From Mustelus asterias (lineage: Eukaryota), in NCBI RefSeq assembly GCF_964213995.1, contig NC_135809.1, positions 134,106,001 through 134,170,000 on the forward strand: DNA of 64,000 bases, written 5' to 3'. Under the pieces are notes generated by a model, which worked only from the letters and a program-made list of their open reading frames with translations, made no database searches and was not told where the DNA came from. Below, piece by piece: positions 35,829-48,124 of the stretch. Position 1 is the first letter of the stretch, and each line of letters begins with the position of its first letter. Position numbers and translations under genes: made by a program.

Positions 35829-36069
35829 CTAAGAATCTACTGACGACCATTAAACCATTGTCAATTGTCGGAAAAACCCATCTGGCGTACTAATGTCCTT
35901 TAGGGAAGGAAATCTACCATCCTTACCTGGCCTGGCCTATGTGCGACTCCAGAGCCACAGCAAAGGGGTTGACTCTAAACTGCCCTCTGAAATGGCCTAG
36001 CAAGACACTCAGTTTCAAAGGCAACTAGGGATGTCCCACGAATGAATTTTTAAAAAATTGTCATCCGTT

Positions 36070-37185
36070 CTTATGAGATCCAGGGTGAGGTATCTAAATG
36101 GATACAAAATTGGGTTCTTGACAGAAGCCAGAGGGTGATTGTAGAGGGTTGTTTTTCAAACTGTTGGCCTGTGACCAGCGGTGTGCCTCCGGGATCAGTG
36201 CTGGGCCCACTGTTATTTGTCATTTACATTAATGATTTGGATGAGAATATAGGAGGCATGGTTAGTAAGTTTGCAGATGACACCAAGATTGGTGGCATAG
36301 TGGACAGTGAAGAAAGTTATCTTCGATTGCAATGGGATCTTGATCAATTGGGCCAGTGGGCTGACGAATGGCAGATGGAGTTTAATTTAGACAAATGCGA
36401 GGTGATGCATTTTGGTAGATTGAACCAGGGCAGGACTTACTCAGTTAATGGTAGGACGTTGGGGAGAGTTACAGAACAAAGAGATCTCGGGGTACATGTT
36501 CATAACTCCTTGAAAGTGGAGCCACAGGTGGACAGAGTGATGAAGAAGGCATTCGGCATGCTTGGTTTCATCGGTCAGAACATTGAATACAGGAATTGGG
36601 ACATCTTGTTGAAGTTGTACAAGACATTGGTAAGGCCACACTTAGAATACTGCGTGCATTCTGGTCACCCTATTATAGAAAGGATTTTATTAAACTAGAA
36701 AGAGTGCAGAAAAGATTTACTAGGCTGCTACCGGGACTTGATGGTTTGGGTTATAAGGAGAGGCTGGATAGACTGGGACTTTTTTCTCTGGAGTGTCGGA
36801 GGCTGAGGGGTGATCTTATAGAGGTCTATAAAATAATGAGGGGCATAGATCAGCTAGATAGTCAATATCTTTTCCCTAAAGTAGGGGAGGCTAAAACTAG
36901 AGGGCATAGGTTTAAGGTGAGAGAGGAGAGATACAAAAGTGTCTAGAGGGGCAATTTTTTCACATAGAGGGTGGTGAGTGTCTGGAACAAGCTGCCAGAG
37001 GTAGTAGTAGAGGCGGGTACAATTTTGTCTTTTAAAAAGCATTTAGACAGTTACATGGGTAAGATGGGTATAGAGGGATATGGGCCAAATGCAGGCAATT
37101 GGGATTAGCTTAGGGGTTTAAAAAAAAGGGCGGCATGGACAAGTTGGGCCGAAGGGCCTGTTTCCATGCTGTAAACCTCTATGAC
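36070..37185 (+). mobile_element. CR1 RT C-terminal half and 3' UTR
   Basis: ORFs 36135..36698 and 36596..36946, with a KFADDTK motif. Confidence 0.95.
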
Positions 37186-37777
37186 TCGATGAGGAGTTGC
37201 TGTGAGAATTCTGACTGGCTTCCGTCTGTGGGATCAAACAAACTGACTTTTGAAATAAGTGTACAACAAATGAAACTTGTATAAAAGAGAATCATCAAAC
37301 GGTTTATTAATTCACCTTTTGAATTTACCCATTTCCCTCACTGGAGTAAAGATGAATGAAAATGATTGTTAAAAATTCCCTGGGCATGTCATTTTTAAAA
37401 ACCGGCTAACATACTTGCAGCTTAGAAAAACCCATCCTTATCCAAAAAATCCTCTCGGCCTGGGGGAACTTTCTTCCCAATTACTCATAACTACCTTTTG
37501 GAAATACAAAAGAACGGTGGAAGACGCAAGATCAGCAATTATGCAGCAGAGCGAGAAGTGTGCCCAAGTCAATCATCTCATCACCTCTCCTGAACACAGA
37601 GAGAACTCTTGAAAGGCAAATATACATTCTCTTGCGCTTTTTCAGGATAAATAATGAGATACTTCACCGTGGGAATTGTTATAATGTAGCGGCAATATGA
37701 AGAAGCCTCAAATGTGACATCTTTTGATTGTCACTGTTTTTGCATTGAGTGGTGTGACCCTACCTCATTATACTGTA

Positions 37778-37816
37778 GGCTGCACAGTCCCCTTTGTTCT
37801 CTATTCTAATTGAACC
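37778..37816 (+). repeat. 39 nt unique-sequence doublet (partners 41091-41129 and 42847-42885)
   Basis: ggctgcaca(g/t)tcccctttgttctctattctaattgaacc, one mismatch. Confidence 0.85.
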
Positions 37817-38208
37817 ACAGAAATGTGAAACCTGAAGGACTATATAAAGTATTCACATAAATGACAAGTCAGAAATCTTTACTGCATTTTTATGGTGCAC
37901 GCCATTCTATCTGGAGTGGGGGCTAATTATTAGACTCTTTATAGCTATTTTCTTGACAGTTTACAGTGTCATAACCCAACAGAAGAGGATGCATGAATTT
38001 CAAACAGGGTAGAATTTATCAATTTAAAACCAGTCCTAAGAAATGACTTGATGCAATAAATTAAGATCTCTATTATCGGGTGTCATCAACCGATTGTTGG
38101 AGTGAGCGTCACACTTGCAAGCATTTCTCAGGTTTATTTATTCCGTATAAGGAAATCCTTCGGTTTTCATGAATTAATATTCAAAAGGCATTGTTATTTA
38201 TACCCATT

Positions 38209-38332
38209 GGGTGGGATTTTACCATCTCGCTCGGGCGAGATCGGAAATTCCCACCCGAGGTCAACGGAGATTTCCATTGTCCGCCGCTTGCCCACACCGA
38301 TTCCGTGGCAGGCGAAGTGGTAGCGTTCCGGC
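38209..38332. mobile_element. MITE-like element
   Basis: Starts gggtgggattttacc. Internal cccgaggtcaa..ttccattgtcc is shared with 34725. Confidence 0.6.
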
Positions 38333-38494
38333 CACTGTATTCACTCATGGCAGCTGAATCATTTTATTGTACATTTCTCGATGATCTTCCTTCAGGTGGT
38401 TTGGTTGAATATTTTGTAGAGATTGGCAGCAAAAGCTGTTGAAGAAGTGTGGTGATCCACTTGCCTGGAGGGGTGCAGCTCCAACACTCATTTG

Positions 38495-39220
38495 AATCAT
38501 TGATAGTCATGGGTGAGGTGCCTGAAGATTGGAGAGTGGCAAATGTTGTGCCTTTGTTTAAAAAAGGCTGCAGGGAAAAGCCTGGGAACTACAGGCCAGT
38601 GAGCCTCACATGTGTAGTGGGTAAATTGTTGGAAGGTATTTTGAGAGACAGGATCTACAGGCATTTAGAGATGCAAGGACTGATTAGGAACAAGCATGGC
38701 TTTGTGAGTGGAAAATCATGTCTCACAAATTTAATTGAGTTTTTTGAAGGGGTAACCAAGAAGGTAGATGGAGCAGTGCAGTTGATGTTGTCTGCATGGA
38801 CTTTAGCAAGGCCTTTGACAAGGTACCGAAGGTTGAGGGGTGACCTGATAGAAGTCTACAAGATTATGAGAGGCATGGACAGAATGGATAGTCAGAAGCT
38901 TTTTCCCAAGGTGGAAGAGTCAATTACTAGGGGGCATAGGTTTAAGGTGCGAGGGGCAAGGTTTAAAAGCGATGTCCGAGGCAGATTTTTTACACAGAGA
39001 GCGGTGGGTGCCTGGAACTCGTTGCCAGGAGGTAGTGGAGGCGGATACGATAGTGACTTTTAAGCGGCGTCTTGACAAGTACGTGAATGAGATGGGAATG
39101 GAGGGATATGGTCCCGGAAGCATAGGGGGTTTTAGTTAAATCAGGCAGCATGGTCGGTGCAGGCTTGGAGTGCCGAAGGGCCTGTTCCTGTGCTGTAATT
39201 TTCTTTGTTCTTTTGTTCTT
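38495..39220 (+). mobile_element. CR1 chimera: RT N-terminal piece joined at ~38828 to a 3' end
   Basis: PEDWRVANVVPLFKKG..KAFDKV is followed directly by RLRGDLIEVYK. Confidence 0.88.
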
Positions 39221-39221
39221 T

Positions 39222-39790
39222 GTATTGTGTCCAGTTTTGGTCTCTTTATTTGAGGAAGGATGCGGTGGCATTGGAGGCAGTTCAGAGGAGGTTCACCAGA
39301 TTGATTCTGGAGATGAAAGGGTTGACGTACAGGGAGAGATTAAACAGTTTGGACTTGTCCTTGCTGGAGTTTAGAAGGATGAGAGGGGATCTGATAGAGT
39401 TAAATAAAATTTTTAAAAGGATTTATTAAGTAAATGTAGACCAAATGTTTCCTCCTACGGGGCAATCTAGAACAAGAGGTCACAGGGTATAGGTTGAGAG
39501 GTAGTAGATTTAAAACTGAGATGAGGAGGAACTACTTCTCGCAGAGGGTGGTGAATTTGTGGAACTTGCTGCCCCATAGCGTGGTGGAGTCTGAATCATT
39601 GAATGGTTTCATGAAGGAGATAGATATATTTCTGATAGAAAAGGGATCTGGGGATATGGAGAACAGGTGGGGAGGTGGATTTGAGACCAGGGAGAGATCA
39701 GTCATGATCTGACTGAATGGCGAAGCAGGCTCGAAGAGCTGAATTTGACAACTTCTGCTCCTAATTCCTACATTCCTTTGTTCCTACGTT
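39222..39790 (+). mobile_element. CR1 3' fragment
   Basis: YCVQFWS..LEAVQRRFTRLI. Confidence 0.88.
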
Positions 39791-40329
39791 CCAACTTGAT
39801 GACTCATTGAAGGCAGGGGGAGGGAGGGGTCATGGGGGTGGGATGCTGGCTCTCCAATAACGGGGTCCGTGTTGGCCATTGATAATGTGTGTCCACCCTC
39901 CTCCAGCTGGAAGGAGGGATTGTTCCAGAAGATGCTGTTACCTCTTGGCAAATTCCAGGCTTCCTGAAATATTGGACGTGTCTGTGCACCTTGTATTGGA
40001 GGCCTTGCCTCCTTCTAGCTGGATCTCAATGTCCATGCACTCTGCCCCGTGGAAGAGTTTATGGCCGAGGAGACCTCAAGCAATGCTGCTGGTGTTGCTC
40101 CATCTGTTCCTGGAGCAGTTGGATTTAGGGATGTGGCTTCTGTTCTTGACTCTCAGCAGAAGGGGGAAAGTGGATGTGAATAAATTGCTCCCAAACCAGG
40201 GCAGCAAAGGACCTGCAGCTAAAGGTGAGGGTGGTGTTAGAAAAGGCAAAGTGACTTCCAAGAAATTGGCAATGAGAAACAATGCTTTGAAGCACGACCT
40301 GACTGCGGCTGGAGCTCTTCACCATGACT

Positions 40330-40780
40330 AGAGTCATAGAGGTTTACAACATGGAAACAGGCCCTTCGGCCCAACTTGTTCATACCGCCCTTTTTTTTAA
40401 ACCCCTAAGCTAGTCCCAATTGCCAACATTTAGCCCATATCCCTCTCTACCCATCTTACCCATGTAACAGTCTAAATGCTTTTTAAAAGACAAAATTGTA
40501 CCCGCCTCTACTACTCCCTCTGGCAGCTTGTTCCAGACACTCACCACCCTCTGTGTGATAAAATTGCCCCTCTGCACCCTTTTGTATCTCTCCCCTCTCA
40601 CCTTAAACCCTATGTCCTCTAGTTTTAGACTCCCCTACCTTTGGGAAAAGATATTGACTATCTATGTCCCTCATTATTTTATAGACCTCTATAAGATCGC
40701 CCCTTAGCCTCCTACGCTTGAGGGAAAAAAGTCCCAGGCTATCCAGCCTCTCCTTATAACTCAATCCATCAAGTCCCAAC
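40330..40780 (-). mobile_element. CR1 3' end
   Basis: Same subfamily as 36070-37185. Confidence 0.9.
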
Positions 40781-43700
40781 TCAAACCAGCAACTGATCCA
40801 AGTCTTTCCAGCTTGTCCGTTTCACACATTTGCCTCAATGACCCCGACAAAGTGCAGACACAGGGCGGAATTCTCCGGCCATGCTGGTCTAAAAGCCAGA
40901 AATTCCCACCCGACAATCAATGGCATTTCACATTCCCCGCAACCGGCCCACTAAAATTCCAGTGGTGAGCGGGATGGGAGAATTCCAGCCACAGCATGGA
41001 AGATGAAAGAAGGAATCCATGGTTAAAAAGGCTCTCAGCTGAGTATGTATAACACTTTGATTGTTTTCCTGGCAGATGACCTTACCTGTCGGCTGCACAT
41101 TCCCCTTTGTTCTCTATTCTAATTGAACCTGGTAAGGTCCAGGGGTTTGCTGCAGGTCTCAGAACGTGTCCTGGGAAAAGCAGGGAGCAGGTGGGACAAT
41201 GTTGGGAACCCAGCCCAAAGTTATTTCCCGCGCCATGCACATCGGAACCTATCTCCATCAGGCTGGGAACATTTCACCCTTTACAACAAAATACATTTGT
41301 TGGCTGGTTGAGGCAAGTAATCTTGCAATAATATCTGCCTCCTGGCTTATCAAATGGAATATTTCACATGACTGACTGGAGGTTGGGTGTATGCCAGTTG
41401 TCTGTGTATAACATTCAGAACTCTTACTGCCCAACTGTCCATGCTCAATTCAGATAGGCAGCTGCATTCATGGAGAACATCCATTCCTGGGACTTGGATG
41501 GATGTGTGGGGTAGTTTATGAATTATATTATGCTGCTCGATTTAAACCATACAATGGCTTTAGGAAGCAGGTTTCATGTCTGCCCGAAGCATGTGGAAAC
41601 TCCCTGGACATCAAGGGGCAATGAGGGATGGTAGTTCCCCCCACAGCTCGCTGTCATGTTAGCTCGGTGTTGGCTTGCCAACTGCCCTGGGGATTGGTTC
41701 AAAGTTCATAAGTTCATAAGATATAGGATCAGAATTAGGCCACTCGGCCCATCGAGTCTTCCACTTGGTAAGATCGAAGAGCCCTCACAGGCTGTTTTCG
41801 GAAGCCCACGGGGAACCGTCTCTCTTTCTCAAGTGAGGGCTGGTCCTTTGACTTGCTTCCCACGTCGATGCACAGCTTATATCCTCCTCTTCCCCAAAAC
41901 CCTTCAACCCATTACCAATTAAAAATCTGTCTAACTCCTCCTTAAATTTACTCACTGTCCCAGCATCCACCGCACTTTGGGGCAGCGAATTCCACAGGTT
42001 CACAACTCTTTGGGAGAAGTAGTTTTTCCTCAACTCTGTTTTAAATTTGCTGCTCCTTATCCTAAGACTATGACCTCTTGTCCTAAAATGTCCCACAAGA
42101 GGAAGCATCCGCTCCACGTCTACTTTATCCATACCTTTTATCATCTTATTTACCTTAAAGACAATCTCAAGCAAAGAACAGTTGGCAATCTGAAATGAAA
42201 GCAGAAAGGCCTGACAGCACATCCTGTAAAAATGAATTTTAAAGACATCTCCACCACCATGCCCCAGGGCATCTGATTGGTCTCTTTGTTGCAGACAGGA
42301 GCCTTCCAGGCCTGCCTCTGTGAGGATGCCTCTTCGATGGTATCTCTCCCCTCTCACCTTAAACCCTATGTCCTCTAGTTTTAGACTCCCCTACCTTTGG
42401 GAAAAGATATTGACTATCTATGTCCCTCATTATTTTATAGACCTCTATAAGATCGCCCCTTAGCCTCCTACGCTTGAGGGAAAAAAGTCCCAGGCTATCC
42501 AGCCTCTCCTTATAACTCAATCCATCAAGTCCCAACTCAAACCAGCAACTGATCCAAGTCTTTCCAGCTTGTCCGTTTCACACATTTGCCTCAATGACCC
42601 CGACAAAGTGCAGACACAGGGCGGAATTCTCCGGCCATGCTGGTCTAAAAGCCAGAAATTCCCACCCGACAATCAATGGCATTTCACATTCCCCGCAACC
42701 GGCCCACTAAAATTCCAGTGGTGAGCGGGATGGGAGAATTCCAGCCACAGCATGGAAGATGAAAGAAGGAATCCATGGTTAAAAAGGCTCTCAGCTGAGT
42801 ATGTATAACACTTTGATTGTTTTCCTGGCAGATGACCTTACCTGTCGGCTGCACATTCCCCTTTGTTCTCTATTCTAATTGAACCTGGTAAGGTCCAGGG
42901 GTTTGCTGCAGGTCTCAGAACGTGTCCTGGGAAAAGCAGGGAGCAGGTGGGACAATGTTGGGAACCCAGCCCAAAGTTATTTCCCGCGCCATGCACATCG
43001 GAACCTATCTCCATCAGGCTGGGAACATTTCACCCTTTACAACAAAATACATTTGTTGGCTGGTTGAGGCAAGTAATCTTGCAATAATATCTGCCTCCTG
43101 GCTTATCAAATGGAATATTTCACATGACTGACTGGAGGTTGGGTGTATGCCAGTTGTCTGTGTATAACATTCAGAACTCTTACTGCCCAACTGTCCATGC
43201 TCAATTCAGATAGGCAGCTGCATTCATGGAGAACATCCATTCCTGGGACTTGGATGGATGTGTGGGGTAGTTTATGAATTATATTATGCTGCTCGATTTA
43301 AACCATACAATGGCTTTAGGAAGCAGGTTTCATGTCTGCCCGAAGCATGTGGAAACTCCCTGGACATCAAGGGGCAATGAGGGATGGTAGTTCCCCCCAC
43401 AGCTCGCTGTCATGTTAGCTCGGTGTTGGCTTGCCAACTGCCCTGGGGATTGGTTCAAAGTTCATAAGTTCATAAGATATAGGATCAGAATTAGGCCACT
43501 CGGCCCATCGAGTCTTCCACTTGGTAAGATCGAAGAGCCCTCACAGGCTGTTTTCGGAAGCCCACGGGGAACCGTCTCTCTTTCTCAAGTGAGGGCTGGT
43601 CCTTTGACTTGCTTCCCACGTCGATGCACAGCTTATATCCTCCTCTTCCCCAAAACCCTTCAACCCATTACCAATTAAAAATCTGTCTAACTCCTCCTTA

Positions 43701-44095
43701 AATTTACTCACTGTCCCAGCATCCACCGCACTTTGGGGCAGCGAATTCCACAGGTTCACAACTCTTTGGGAGAAGTAGTTTTTCCTCAACTCTGTTTTAA
43801 ATTTGCTGCTCCTTATCCTAAGACTATGACCTCTTGTCCTAAAATGTCCCACAAGAGGAAGCATCCGCTCCACGTCTACTTTATCCATACCTTTTATCAT
43901 CTTATTTACCTTAAAGACAATCTCAAGCAAAGAACAGTTGGCAATCTGAAATGAAAGCAGAAAGGCCTGACAGCACATCCTGTAAAAATGAATTTTAAAG
44001 ACATCTCCACCACCATGCCCCAGGGCATCTGATTGGTCTCTTTGTTGCAGACAGGAGCCTTCCAGGCCTGCCTCTGTGAGGATACCTCTTCGATG
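40584..44095 (+). repeat. Tandem duplication, 2 x 1756 bp (40584-42339 and 42340-44095)
   Basis: Identical ORF translations are offset by 1756. Breakpoint microhomology is GTA. One difference seen (42328 G vs 44084 A). Confidence 0.96.
41705..42150 (-). mobile_element. CR1 3' end carrying a 117 bp foreign insert (duplicate copy at 43461-43906)
   Basis: KMIKGMDKVDVERMLPLVG..FSQRVVNLWNSLP and a (cataagtt)n tail. Confidence 0.88.
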
Positions 44096-44548
44096 GTAGA
44101 GTCCTGAAGCATGTAGCAAACGATTCCAATCAGCAAAACCCTTCCCAGCTTGTTGGATTTCCTGAAATTAATCCAAGCATCTGAAATGTAACTTCAAATA
44201 GAAATGTGTTTGTGTGAAGGTTTGTACCTCTTTATATCTCGGCTTTGTTGGCATCCTGGGGTTGCCCTGAGGCAGCGCGAGCGACAGCTTCTGAGGATGG
44301 CCTTGGCTTTTCCCCCGGGGAAACACCATGGAAAGTTGCATTTCAGGATCAAAGCCTCATCAATGCTCTGTGGAGAGCCTGAGAGTGGAGATATGATGAC
44401 AGCTGCATTAACTTGCATAATAAAACTGCTTGTTGCAGACAAGCTGAACACTGCAAGCGTGGAAAGCATTTGTGATTCGTGTAGGTAGTTGTATTGTGTA
44501 ATGGAGCATGTACGGCGACATCTGACCCCTGCTACCCTGGAGACCCTG

Positions 44549-44665
44549 CCACTTGGTAAGATCGAAGAGCCCACACAGGCTGTTCTCGGAGGCCCACGGC
44601 GAACCGTCTCTCTTTCTCAAGTGAGGGCTGGTTCTTTGACTTGCTTCCCATGTCGATGCACAGCT
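44549..44665 (+). repeat. Probable donor of the 117 bp insert at 41761-41877 and 43517-43633
   Basis: Six substitutions in 117 nt by eye. Confidence 0.9.
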
Positions 44666-44981
44666 GATGGGCAGATATTTCCAATGTCGACAGCTTGAAA
44701 ACTAATCTTTATCATTTTTAACCAGTCCCGACTCTGATATCCGTGGACAGTGCTGTGTCTAATGGTGGAACATGGTGGTGTGTCAGCCTGCAGAGTGTGG
44801 CAAACTCCATTTGCCAGCTTCCCCGGTGAATTGAGGCTTTGACGGGCACTGTCCCCCTGACAGATGGACATAGGGGCTCCCTCTTGATGCTGCAACAATA
44901 GCAAATAATTGCAGCGAGATCATATCCAGTAATGGTTCTTGCTCCAAAGCAGAAACAGACATGTAAACAAATTCCCAGTGG

Positions 44982-45001
44982 CACACACACACACACACAC
45001 A

Positions 45002-45040
<39 letters not shown>
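44982..45040 (+). repeat. (CA)n microsatellite
   Basis: About 29 units with one interruption. Confidence 0.97.
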
Positions 45041-45044
<4 letters not shown>

Positions 45045-45597
45045 AACATCAATATCACAGCAATTGCAACAACATCGCTCAGTGAAATAAAACATCAGCA
45101 AAAATAGAAATGAAGAACGGTCTCCAGTGATCCTGCTGATATCAACCTGTCTGTTTCAACTGATTTACATTCCCAATCCAATGTCTAAAATTCAGGAATG
45201 TCCAGCTTGTATGGATGGGTGAATGTGAAACACTCTTGGATTCACTGAAAGATCCAGTACTCTGAGTTATAATCACATGGCGGGGGGTGGCGGCGGGGCG
45301 GTGGGGATTTTTCACCCTCTTTTCAGGGTGGGGGGGGAGGCGAGCAGGAAGCCCATGGGAATCCCAAAATGTGGTTTACGCTGGCGGGATTTTCAACTGT
45401 CCTCGCCCTGCCAGTGACAGACTGGGAATCCTGACTTCCAACATGGGGATCCTCATTCCGTGACGTTATTGTACTTTTAAGAAAAGTTTTTTAAAAATCA
45501 TGTTCTCTGCAGTTCTCACAGCTTCAGTTTTTTTCCATTGTGGCACCGGGCTATCTGGAGAAGTCCTCTTATTGCTACTTCAATGGCTTAAATGGGG

Positions 45598-46284
45598 TGT
45601 TGTAAGGCAATATCAGAAATCATGTCTTTTATATTTTAATTTACACGTCCATTTGTATTTTACTTAATTTCAGTATAATACATGCAGGGCTACATAGAGC
45701 AAGTCCAGAGAGCCAGACCTCACCAGAGGGAAGGAAAGGGTTAATGCAGACAGCTAGAGACCTGCTCTGCCAACAGATAATGATGAACGTACGCTATCAA
45801 CGTCTGATATACAGGAGATCACTCAGAATTATCACGACAATGGAAGAACCGGCATTAAGACAGCCAGGTTCCATATAGTCCAGGGAGGGCATAGTCTTCT
45901 GTAAAACATGATCATCTAGCAGAGGGGGGCAACAATTAACACATCAGTGCAAATCGGTTGGGCAAATACAATGCTTTGTCGTTATAATTGGGTAAACGGA
46001 ACTGTCCACGAACTGATTAACAAAGCTGTACTGAACAATGCAGTCTGCATAACGAGATTAGAAGAACCATTTTGTATCCAACTCGAGGAATTAAGATGCT
46101 CATGTAAACCTTTGAGACTCGAAACAGTATATTAACATGTACCATTCTACCAGGAGCAGAGAGGACTCGCAGGAAACCTGAGATTTCAAGCCGAGTCCAG
46201 CTCTCCCTCATGCATGTGGAATAAAACTTTTCTTGAAGTTCAACACGGTCTCCAAGGTTCGACTCGTTTTATTTCCCCCCTACA
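45598..46284 (+). mobile_element. Solo LTR, 687 bp
   Basis: TG...CA termini, AATAAA at ~46220, and 5 bp TSD tgggg at 45593-45597 and 46285-46289. Confidence 0.72.
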
Positions 46285-46399
46285 TGGGGTTTTGTTTATT
46301 TTTACTCTGGGATCTTTTATGACCTTGCATTGTGAGCGGGAAGATTGATTAACAGGTCAAAGTCAGGTAGTTTCTCTCCAGGAAAAGAGCCAAGGATTC

Positions 46400-47283
46400 A
46401 TTTTCAGTTGTAGTTTAGAAGAGGATGGACGTCAGATCGAAAGCAATGTTTCTCTCTCTCTCTCTCTCTGGTGTTATAGAGTCTGCTGTTACCTGGAAGT
46501 AAGGTTCCTGGTCATCATGGAGTAAAAATTTGCAGTTCGTGGTTGACTTGACTCGAGTCACTGGTTTTTGGGAAGCTGTTCTTGCTCCAAGCTTGTCTGT
46601 ATGTGCCTCGAGACAACTGCAGCATTCAACCAAAGGACTAAATTCCAGTATCCCGTGAGCATTAGTCTTTGCTGTAGTAAACTTGTGGCAAAGGTTTTGT
46701 TCATGGGGTTTGTTTCATTGGAATGGTGTTCAGCTGTTAACGTTTATACAATATCATGATTTTTTTTTTCTTATTTGTAATTGGTAATTGCTCATTTTCT
46801 TTCCATACATGTTAACTGTATGCTTAAATATACTTTGTTTGATAAAAGCTCCCTCGTGGGTTATTTGAATCATACCTGAAGTGAAGCATCTCATGCTCAC
46901 CCTAGCCAAATTCAAGAGGCAAAACAAAGAACAAAGAACAGTACAGCACAGGAAACAGGCCCTTCGGCCCTCCAAGCCTGTGCTGCTCCTTGGTCCAACT
47001 AGACCAATCGTTTGTATCCCTCCATTCCCAGGCTGCTCATGTGACAATCCAGGTAAGTCTTAAACGATGTCAGCGTGCCTGCCTCCACCACCCTACTTGG
47101 CAGCACATTCCAGGCCCCCACCACCCTCTGAGTAAAAAACATCCTTCTGATATCTGAGTTATACTTTGCCCCTCTCACCTTGAGCCTGTGACCCCTCGTG
47201 AACGTCACTTCTGATCTGGGAAAAAGCTATGATCCAGGCGGACTTCATAAAACACTTTAGAGTTTCTGACCTGAATTATAACA
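46400..47283 (+). mobile_element. LTR-like repeat split by a CR1; inverted relative at 49780-50118
   Basis: Ends gacctgaattataaca. The reverse complement of this end and ~300 nt upstream lies at 49780-50118. Confidence 0.65.
46922..47227 (-). mobile_element. CR1 3' end, short-UTR relative of 34846-35828
   Basis: TFTRGHRLKV..MEGYKRLV and an (aacaaag)n tail. Confidence 0.9.
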
Positions 47284-47469
47284 ATTTGAATACATTTAAA
47301 TATAATGATCAGGACTTTCCCTCTGATAGTCCATCCCCCCCCTTAAATTACCCATTCACAGCAGCGTGAGAATATTCTGGGGGAGGGAGTGGGGTTGGAA
47401 GGTGGTTCTATTTTTAAGTTTTTGTGAAGGACCCTTTATAACGGAAGTTATTTGCTGAGTCATAGAGAT

Positions 47470-48115
47470 GGGGTTACCATTGACCAGAAACTCAACTGAA
47501 CTCACCACATAAACACAGTGGCTACAAGAGCAGGTCAGAGGCTAGGAATACTGCAGCGAGTAACTCACCTCCTGACCCAAAACCTATCCACCATCTACAA
47601 CGCACAAGCCAAGAGTGTGATGGAATACTCCCTACTTGCCTGGATGGGTGCAGCTCCAACAACACTCAGGAGACTTGACACCATCCAGGACAAAGCAGTC
47701 CACTTGATTGGCACCACATCTACAAACATTCAATCCCTCGACCACCGATGCTCAGTAGCAGCAGTGTGTACTATAGGATGCACTGCAGCAATTCACCAAA
47801 GATCTTTAGACAGCACCTTCCAAACCCACGGCCACTTCCATCTAGAAGGACAAGGGCAGCAGATACATGGGAACACCACCACCTGCAAGTTCCTATCCGA
47901 GCCACTCACCATCCTGACTTGGAAATATATCGCCGTTCCTTCGCAGTCACTGGATCAAAACCCTGGGATTCCCTCCCTAACGGCATTGTGGGTCAACCCA
48001 CAGCACATGGACTGCAGCGATTCAAGAAGGCAGCTCACCACCACCTTCTGAAGGGGCAACTAGGGATGAGCAATAAATCCTGGCCAGCCAGCGACACCAT
48101 GTCACACGAATTAAT
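47470..48115 (+). mobile_element. CR1/L2-group LINE 3' fragment; probable partner of SINE family X
   Basis: RAGQRLGILQRVTH..SVMEYSLLAWMGAAPTTL. Ends gggcaactagggatgagcaataaat. Confidence 0.85.
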
Positions 48116-48124
48116 TAAAAAAAG

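Larger units (their letters stand above)
34592..36048 (+). mobile_element. tRNA-derived SINE family X (head 34592-34720, body 35830-36048), split by a nested MITE and CR1
   Basis: A box tggccgagtgg and B box gggttcgaatccc. The body resumes at taagaatctac. Confidence 0.85.

Noticed and set aside
43541-44119. 192 aa ORF (and its 190 aa twin at 41785-42357) as a novel protein
   Set aside because: It is a chance fusion of unique DNA, a CR1 C-terminus and the captured insert. An overlapping frame is also open and there is no recognisable domain.
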